A DNA stretch of 35,926 nt from IMG/VR virus record IMGVR_UViG_2061766007_004010; one strand, given 5' to 3'. A program made the translations under genes and the position numbers. This stretch comes from an uncultured virus (IMG/VR IMGVR_UViG_2061766007_004010) (taxonomy: Duplodnaviria; Heunggongvirae; Uroviricota; Caudoviricetes). How positions within the stretch are numbered: the first letter of the stretch is position 1; each line of letters begins with the position of its first letter. Of the stretch, positions 29,747-35,926 are shown in pieces. The notes beneath the pieces are model-generated. The model did not search any database. It was given only the letters and a program-made list of their open reading frames with translations, and was not told where the DNA came from.

Positions 29747-31676
29747 TTTCTTCCTTGTCTTCTGTCAAGAAATTGATGAGGGTATCACGCTTCATGTCGG
29801 TCAGGTCGAGGTCGACCTCGCCTTCGTAGTCGGCGGGAACAACTTCGTACCCGGCAAGTGCAAGCAGTGCCGGAAGCTTGATGCTGTGCGCGTAGCGCTT
29901 CGCTACCGTCTCGATGACGGACTGGCTACTGCCATCGGCGAACGTGACGATGCGTGAGCCGGAACCGGTTCCGAGCAGGATGATTGACTGGCCGTCGATG
30001 ACTGCAAGGGCAGTCTGCCCGGAAACAATGTTGCCGTCGACGGTAAGGACAATGTCCTTCGGGTCTACCATATAGCCCATCTCGAATTTCGGACGGCCAT
30101 CATGCTTCGCGATGAAGAGACGGTATCTGGACTTCGGGTCGGAACCGCTGAACTGGTTGAGGTTGATTACCATGCCATTCCCGGAGTTTCCGCGGAAGTA
30201 GATGCATTCGGACGCTTCCGGCTCGGCATTGACCATGTCCCCGGAATGCATGTAGTTGCCATCCTTGAAGCCGGTATGCCAGGACACGCCGTTTCCTTCG
30301 CTGTCGACCATGGAGAGGTCGAAGTCGCGGGTACCCCATTCGTTGCGCCAGTAGACGCCGACGATGTTGTGCTCGGACAGCGGAATCGTTGTCCCCATCG
30401 GATAGTCGCCGATGAAGTTCTTTTCCGACGTGGGAACCGTGAGGACACAGTTGGCCGGGAGCTTGACCTTGTGTGTCTTCGCCTTCTGCCTCAGGACATC
30501 GAAGATGCTGTCAGAAACAACCCTGTTCACACGCTTAATCCATTCCAGGTCGTTCAGCGGGCGGTAGTTCTTGCGGATGAACATCTTTCCGTTCCTGATG
30601 GTATACATCGGTTTCTCGTCGGTTCCGGCGAACTCGCGGTCGATGAGGCACTGGTACAGGCGGAGCTTGCGGAACATGGTCACGCCCTTGAGCGCTTCCT
30701 CGATTTTCTTCAGCTTGCCGTCGTCGCCCGGAACACAGATGGTGTCCAGGACACCCGCAACGAACGGGCGTTTCAGCTTGTCCGCACGGACGCGGATGCG
30801 GTTGATTACGTGGGCGACCTTCTCGAAGGTCTTCCTAGGCAATGACGCAAAGGATTCGCTTCCCTTCATCGCCACGAAGATTGGCTTGAACCGGAAGAAC
30901 ACCGTGGCAAGCAGGTCGATATCGGCATCTGTCAGCTCCGACACTACCTCGTAGCCCATGCTCCTGTTGGAAGAACGGATTGCCTGAACCTCGCGGCGAC
31001 CCTTGATGAGCAGTGTGGAACCGGTGTAGAGGTACACCAGGTAGCGGACGTATTCCACCGGGTCTTCCGGGTGGGTCCCCTGCTGGTAGTGGAGAATGCA
31101 GGCGGCTTCCTTGTTGGCAATGTCTTCGGCGGGGCANNNNNNNNNNNNNNNNNNNNNNNNNNNNNCTTGAGGGCGACGCCGGACTTGAGCATGGCGACGC
31201 AGCGCTTCTTGAAGTCGCCGGGGGTGGCCGCGGTGACCAGGGTGAGCTTGTCGTAGGACAGCAGCGGCTTGTCCTTGCCGTCGTTGGGGACGTAGCCGTT
31301 CCCCATGGCGAAACCGGTGCCGTACGTGGTGATGTAGTGGAGCACCTGCTCGAACATCAGCTGGAGGTTGCTGTGTTCCTCGACGTACTTCCATTCCTTG
31401 AAGAAGGTGGCGTTCGGGTCGAACTTCTCGTCCTTCAGCCAGTCCATGACAGCCCCGGTACATGCCTCGGGCACTACCAGGTAACCGCGCTTGATGGCGA
31501 GNNNNNNNNNNAACGGCCCCGGTACATGCCTCGGGCACTACCAGGTAACCGCGCTTGATGGCAAGTTCGTTGACTTCGGTGAAGCTGCGCGCCCCGCCGC
31601 CGAATTCCGGTACTACCTGGCGGAACATCCTGATGAGCTCCACGCTCATCGTGTATTCTTTCTGTTCATTGGCCAT
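29739..31676 (-). CDS. Large protein with C-terminal TerD-like domain
   Basis: C-terminal W...RDFDLS...HSGDMVNA...ASECI fits TerD. The N-terminal region is helical and contains NATFFKEW and EQVLHYITTYG. Stitched across gaps. Confidence 0.7.
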   Translation of the reverse strand: MANEQKEYTMSVELIRMFRQVVPEFGGGARSFTEVNELAIKRGYLVVPEACTGAVXXXXRHQARLPGSARGMYRGCHGLAEGREVRPERHLLQGMEVRRGTQQPPADVRAGAPLHHHVRHRFRHGERLRPQRRQGQAAAVLRQAHPGHRGHPRRLQEALRRHAQVRRRPQXXXXXXXXXXCPAEDIANKEAACILHYQQGTHPEDPVEYVRYLVYLYTGSTLLIKGRREVQAIRSSNRSMGYEVVSELTDADIDLLATVFFRFKPIFVAMKGSESFASLPRKTFEKVAHVINRIRVRADKLKRPFVAGVLDTICVPGDDGKLKKIEEALKGVTMFRKLRLYQCLIDREFAGTDEKPMYTIRNGKMFIRKNYRPLNDLEWIKRVNRVVSDSIFDVLRQKAKTHKVKLPANCVLTVPTSEKNFIGDYPMGTTIPLSEHNIVGVYWRNEWGTRDFDLSMVDSEGNGVSWHTGFKDGNYMHSGDMVNAEPEASECIYFRGNSGNGMVINLNQFSGSDPKSRYRLFIAKHDGRPKFEMGYMVDPKDIVLTVDGNIVSGQTALAVIDGQSIILLGTGSGSRIVTFADGSSQSVIETVAKRYAHSIKLPALLALAGYEVVPADYEGEVDLDLTDMKRDTLINFLTEDKEENG

Positions 31677-31690
31677 GATATCCTCGTATG

Positions 31691-31758
31691 AAAAAAGTTG
31701 GGCCGCCCGGGGAACCTGAAAACAAAAGGAGTTTGAAAAAAGACCCGGGCGACCCTAC
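31691..31758 (-). ncRNA. Candidate structured leader or small RNA
   Basis: A 12-bp stem GGGUCGCCCGGG/CCCGGGCGGCCC closes a 32-nt pyrimidine-rich loop and is followed by AACUUUUUU. Confidence 0.5.
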
Positions 31759-31769
31759 AAATATAGCAA
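31759..31769 (-). promoter_or_regulatory. TTGCTATATTT promoter-like motif
   Basis: Exact copy 3 nt upstream of the stem. Confidence 0.75.
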
Positions 31770-31771
31770 TT

Positions 31772-31957
31772 TTATCTCACCTTGAGCTTCTGCACGCGGA
31801 GCGACCCGCACTTGGTGCATCTCTGCACGTAGGTGTTGCACTTCCCGGTGGACACTTCCTCGATGGTATGCCACGTGTGCACGCAGCGGCGGCTGAGCAG
31901 GAACTTGAGCACGCCGAGCGTCAAGGCGACGATACATAGTACAATAAGTACATTCAT
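31772..31957 (-). CDS. Small membrane-anchored zinc-binding protein
   Basis: N-terminal TM segment followed by CVHTW and RCTKCG. Confidence 0.7.
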   Translation of the reverse strand: MNVLIVLCIVALTLGVLKFLLSRRCVHTWHTIEEVSTGKCNTYVQRCTKCGSLRVQKLKVR

Positions 31958-31964
31958 GTTATTT

Positions 31965-32589
31965 TCACTCCAGCATTGACTTAACTATGGTTACGAACCT
32001 TTTCTGTGCTTCCTCCACGTCGCCATCGTTCTCGACGAGCGCGTCCCAGGGCATCCTCTTCTCGAAGTCGGTGAACTCGGCGTCCTCGTCTGCACAGCGC
32101 TTGAGCCAGCTGGTGCTGTCCCCGTTCCTGGAGTTCGCCCGGGATTCCCGGAGTACGCTGCTGGCGCAGACGTAAATGACCTTCATGTTGAACTCGTCCC
32201 GGTACTTCTCGCAGAAGTCGTACCCGGCGGGGTCGATTACGTAGAATACGGTATCGGACGCGATTCCCCTGAGCATCTCGAGCGTGGTGCAGTAGCGGTA
32301 GCCGGTCTCGCCAATCTGCGTGTAGGCGAACACGTGCTCCTTCGTCAGCAGGTCGTCGAACTGTTCCTTCGTAAGGAAGGTATGCTCGACCCCATCGGTT
32401 TCCGTGGGGCGGATGGGGCGGTCGGTATAGGACGGGATGGACTTGGCGCCGAATTCGCCCTGTGCATATCTTACGAGTGTGTCCTTGCCGGCACCGGAAC
32501 GGCCNNNNNNNNNNATCGCCCTGCGCATATCTTACGAGGGTGTCCTTGCCGGCCCCGGAACGGCCGATTACTAGTATGAGGTTCTTCAC
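31965..32589 (-). CDS. gmk: Guanylate kinase-like protein
   Basis: GRSGAGKDT, SYTDRPIRPTETDGVEHTFLT, YRYCT and YVIDPAG motifs. Confidence 0.88.
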
Positions 32590-33437
32590 TTTGCTTCCTC
32601 CGCGGCGTCTTCGCCGACAATGTAGTTGGTGTGGTACTCGATGAGCAGGTCGTCGGTCAGGATGCCGTATCCAGGGTAGTTCCCGCTGGGGTTGCAGTTG
32701 TCCGAAAACGGGTCAATCTGCACCTGGTTTGCCGGGCCGGCATACTGCCGGATGCCCCTGGCAACCATGTGTGACTCGCAGTGGTAGTGTCCGCAGACAA
32801 TCGCCTGGCAGCCGCTCTGCTCCAGGCCGGCCAGGAACACCCCATCGTCATCCTCGATGGTGAAACCGGGCTTGTTCATGAACTTGTGGAACGGCCTGAT
32901 GATGGGCATGTGGGTGAACAGTATGTACTGTGGCCATTTTTTGCTGTCCGCGCCGAAGCATGACATCAGGCGGCACAGGCCCTGGTACGGGAACGCCCTG
33001 TGTCCAGTGTCCATGAGGACCGCCGAGCGCGCCTGGTACGTGCTCCCTCCGGGCGTGGTCTTGAACGTGTTGAGTATCGTGACTGCCTCGCCGGGGTTCT
33101 CGAAGCTGCCGTAGATGCTGATGTTTTCCGATTTCCTCCATGACTTGCCCTGGCGGAACTCGTCGTATGCTTCGGCGAACGCCTTGCGGTTGTCGTGGTT
33201 CCCGGGGGTGACCAGGATTGGCGTCTCTACGCCGTAGGTGATGGCGAGGAGATTGAACAGGTCGAGGTAGTCGACGAACTTGCCCTCGTCAACGAGGTCG
33301 CCGGTGACTACGACGGCGTCGACCAGGCTTCCCATGCCGGAAGTATCGCGGAGGATTCGCTCCAGGTGGCCCATTGCCGGGAAGCTGGACTCGTATACGC
33401 TGTTCAGGTGGATGTCCGTAAGGTGTAGTATTTTCAT
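32586..33437 (-). CDS. Calcineurin-like metallophosphoesterase (CpdA/Icc-like)
   Basis: All five metal motifs are present: TDIH, TGDLVD, PGNHD, THMP and CGHYH. Confidence 0.9.
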   Translation of the reverse strand: MKILHLTDIHLNSVYESSFPAMGHLERILRDTSGMGSLVDAVVVTGDLVDEGKFVDYLDLFNLLAITYGVETPILVTPGNHDNRKAFAEAYDEFRQGKSWRKSENISIYGSFENPGEAVTILNTFKTTPGGSTYQARSAVLMDTGHRAFPYQGLCRLMSCFGADSKKWPQYILFTHMPIIRPFHKFMNKPGFTIEDDDGVFLAGLEQSGCQAIVCGHYHCESHMVARGIRQYAGPANQVQIDPFSDNCNPSGNYPGYGILTDDLLIEYHTNYIVGEDAAEEAK

Positions 33438-33529
33438 TGCTTTTGCTCCAGGAACCATGTATAGTTGTTTGCCAAGTCTAGCTGGGCACTCTGCACGTAC
33501 TTGTCGACTTCNNNNNNNNNNAAGGACTT

Positions 33530-34070
33530 TCATGTGTTATCTCCCGACTTGTTGTCGTCGTTGAATTTCTGCTCCAGGAACCATGTGCAGTTGTTGGTTA
33601 TGTCAACTCTCGCCTGCTGGATATACCGGTTGACTTCCAGTTCACTTAGGAATCTGGGCTCAGCACTGAAGTCAATTCTGTAGCACTGGTCATAATAGGT
33701 CGAAACCGATACCTTTGAAAATTTCTTCTCGAACTCGTACGCCGCGTATTCAGGCGGATGTTTGCTATCGGTATACTTGATACGCAGGATGACCGCGTCG
33801 CAAGTAAAGAAGCCTTCGCCGGCATGGCTGAGCGATTTCACGTAGACAATAACAAAGTCATCCTTCTCCGGTATCGTGATGCCAATCTTTGTGGCCGTCC
33901 CACCACGAAGAAGCAGGTATTTCCCGGTATATACCGGTATCAGTTCCTTGAGGCAAGCATCTGTCCTCTCCCGCTTGATTGCATCAAGCTCGGCTTCCGC
34001 GTAATCGCGCAGCTCGCGGAGCAGTTTTTCGTCCCTGGACTCAACAAAATCCTTTGACAGGAAGCTCTTT
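33530..34070 (-). CDS. Hypothetical protein, 5' end in gap
   Basis: The frame is open from the gap (KSFLSKDFVESRDEKLL...) and is homologous to 35259-35702. Confidence 0.7.
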
Positions 34071-34080
34071 NNNNNNNNNN

Positions 34081-34545
34081 GAGCCGGCTGTCATTCCCGT
34101 CATCTATGCCGTCTATGTCGGACAGCCTGACTCCATCCCGGAGTGTCCGGTACCTGAACCAGTCCAACCCGGAAACTGCCGACATAAGGTCGTGGTACCG
34201 TTTCATCCAGGTCTTCTGCTCCGATTCTCCCGGAACAAGCGAGGTATACTTATTGAGTTCCTCGTCCGTAAAGGATACGCCGGCGTTTTCCGTGTACCTG
34301 CCGTTCACTAGCTTGTTTCCGGTACGGGACATCCGCTCTATGAGATGCCCGATGGCGGCGTCCAGGTCAGGCTCGTCCATCGACTGCCTGTCGGTGGTCA
34401 CGTCTCGCCAAATTGCCAAGTACCCGAAACGGCTGACGTACGCGTTGCCTACGATTGTATGCCCGTCCGGCGACTGCAGGTCCGCCATGTACTCAATCAG
34501 GCGTGCCGGCATGTTCCCGCCTATGTAGTTAATTTTCCTCTTCAT
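34081..34545 (-). CDS. Hypothetical protein (MKRKINYIGGNMPARL...), 3' end in gap
   Basis: AAGGA RBS and an open frame. Confidence 0.65.
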
Positions 34546-34912
34546 TACTGTTCCTTGTTCCGGTTCTCGTCGAGCACCGTCTTTTCCAGCGCTTCGGCTG
34601 TATCCTTTGCCAGGGCCTTGCCGAGGCGTTCCATTTCGGCCAGGTCGTCNNNNNNNNNNAATTTCGGCCAGGTCGTCCCCGGCCCTTACCATCTTGCGGG
34701 CGAAGTCGCANNNNNNNNNNCCCTACCAGTCTGGCGTATGCGGACACCCTGTCGGCGTCGACGAACGGGTCGCTGTTGGTGAACCTGGTTTCCGCNNNNN
34801 NNNNNCGACATAGACGAACCCGGGTCGAACTTCTCGTCGCTCTTGAGCACGAACCACAGGTACACCAGCGACAGCACGGCGAGAATGGCGAGCAGCATTA
34901 TCAGCAGGGTCA

Positions 34913-35248
34913 TCATCCTTCGCCTCCGTTTACGATTTTCTCGGTATGGGCGTCCGCTTCGAGGAGTCCGACCAGTCTGGCGTAGGCGGAAACCCTGTCG
35001 GCGTCGACGAACGGGTCGCTGTTGGTGAACCTGGTTTCCGCCAGGTCGTTGATTTCGAATATCGTCTTTTCCGGGTGCTCCTCGGTGGCCCTGTAGTACT
35101 CGTTCCTGGTGAGGAACAGGTACTTCTTCTCGCCCTCGCCGTTGACGCACCTGGCCGCACCGTACTTGCCGGACAGGACCAGCCTGATTCCGCAACCCCC
35201 GGTGCTGAGGTCGTACACCTTCAGTTCCTGGTACCAGTCTCCCTTCGA
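34913..35248 (-). CDS. Hypothetical protein, 5' end in gap
   Basis: Open frame ending EKIVNGGEG, with an ATGA overlap to a membrane-protein gene. Confidence 0.6.
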   Translation of the reverse strand, partial: SKGDWYQELKVYDLSTGGCGIRLVLSGKYGAARCVNGEGEKKYLFLTRNEYYRATEEHPEKTIFEINDLAETRFTNSDPFVDADRVSAYARLVGLLEADAHTEKIVNGGEG

Positions 35249-35258
35249 NNNNNNNNNN

Positions 35259-35702
35259 CTCTTCGGTGATTAAACGCTGGTTGTCGGTAAAGTTGATTCT
35301 CATGCACGGGTCGTTGTACGTCGCGACGGATACCTTGGAGAATTTCTTGCTGAACACGTTCAGCGATTCCTCCGGGGTTTTCTCCGACGTGTACTTGATT
35401 CGCATGATGGCGGCGTCGCAGGTGAAGAACCCTTCCCCTGCATGGTGCACCTTTTTCACGTAGACGATAACAAAGTCATCCTTCTCCGGTATCGTGAAGC
35501 CAATCTTCGTGGGCGTCCCGCCACAGAGAAGCAGGTATTTCCCGGTATAGGCCGGAGCCAGGTCCTTGAGGACGGCGTCGTGCCTCTCCTGACGGATTGA
35601 GTCCAGCTCCTCGTCGGCGAAGTCCCGCAGTTCCTTCATGAGCTTCTCGTCGCGGGAGTCGAGAAGGTCCTTCGATATGAACGACTTTACGTATTCGTAC
35701 AT
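35259..35702 (-). CDS. Hypothetical protein (MYEYVKSFISKDLL...), divergent allele or paralog of 33530-34070
   Basis: Shared YTGKYLLL.GGT.TKIG.TIPEKDDFVIVYVK...HAGEGFFTCDA. Confidence 0.7.
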
Positions 35703-35926
35703 CAGAATCCTCCGAGGCAGAAAGCTATGCAGAGTATGGCCACCAGGAACGTGACTATCGCGGAAATAATGTGGTCCTTCCTNNNNNNNNNNTCGAGGCA
35801 GAAAGCTATGCAGAGTATGGCCACAAGGAACGTGACTATCGCGGAAATCATGTGGTCCTTCCTCGACATGGACGAGCCCGGGTCGAACTTCTCGTCGCTC
35901 TTGAGCACGAACCACAGGTACACCAG
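35702..35926 (-). CDS. Small two-TM membrane protein (partial; N-terminus seen at 34806-34916)
   Basis: Two hydrophobic helices separated by KSDEKFDPGSSMSRKDH. Confidence 0.6.
   Translation of the reverse strand: MVYLWFVLKSDEKFDPGSSMSRKDHMISAIVTFLVAILCIAFCLXXXXRKDHIISAIVTFLVAILCIAFCLGGF

Noticed and set aside
314..35792. Apparent tandem duplications and frameshifted pseudogenes around N gaps
   Set aside because: They consistently abut scaffold gaps and differ mostly at third codon positions. This fits co-assembled alleles better than real repeats.
1..35926. Stop-codon reassignment
   Set aside because: Conserved genes are uninterrupted in the standard code, and TAA, TAG and TGA all end genes at sensible positions.

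Overview
Gene-dense segment of what looks like a large (probably jumbo) tailed phage genome, read in the standard genetic code. It contains many short, tightly packed or overlapping hypothetical ORFs, and I found no rRNA, tRNA, CRISPR array or transposase. It is a metagenomic scaffold: dozens of N gaps, mostly 10 nt, are flanked by near-identical re-reads that differ mainly at synonymous positions. Many ORF-track 'frameshifts' and 'duplicates' are therefore co-assembled strain alleles, and genes below are stitched across gaps by hand. Recognisable products are an orphan HicB-like antitoxin, an HTH protein, a Thg1-like 3'-5' polymerase, a Nudix hydrolase, an AAA+ ATPase, UDP-galactopyranose mutase, a large protein with a C-terminal TerD-like domain, guanylate kinase, a CpdA/Icc-like metallophosphoesterase, two beta-solenoid proteins and a possible degenerate PolB-type exonuclease domain. 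The non-coding DNA carries a recurrent intergenic promoter-like motif TTGCTATATTT (11 copies), a second motif ATAAAC(T), several terminators, and two candidate small structured RNAs. The two most interesting signals are inferences and have not been checked by search: (i) a closed-stem, pyrimidine-loop, U-tailed RNA between a promoter and the TerD-domain gene, and (ii) three otherwise unrelated proteins sharing an N-terminal 'L(I/V)xGYxA(I/L)..E' leader, two of them behind a nearly identical 17-nt upstream element. The host is unknown.
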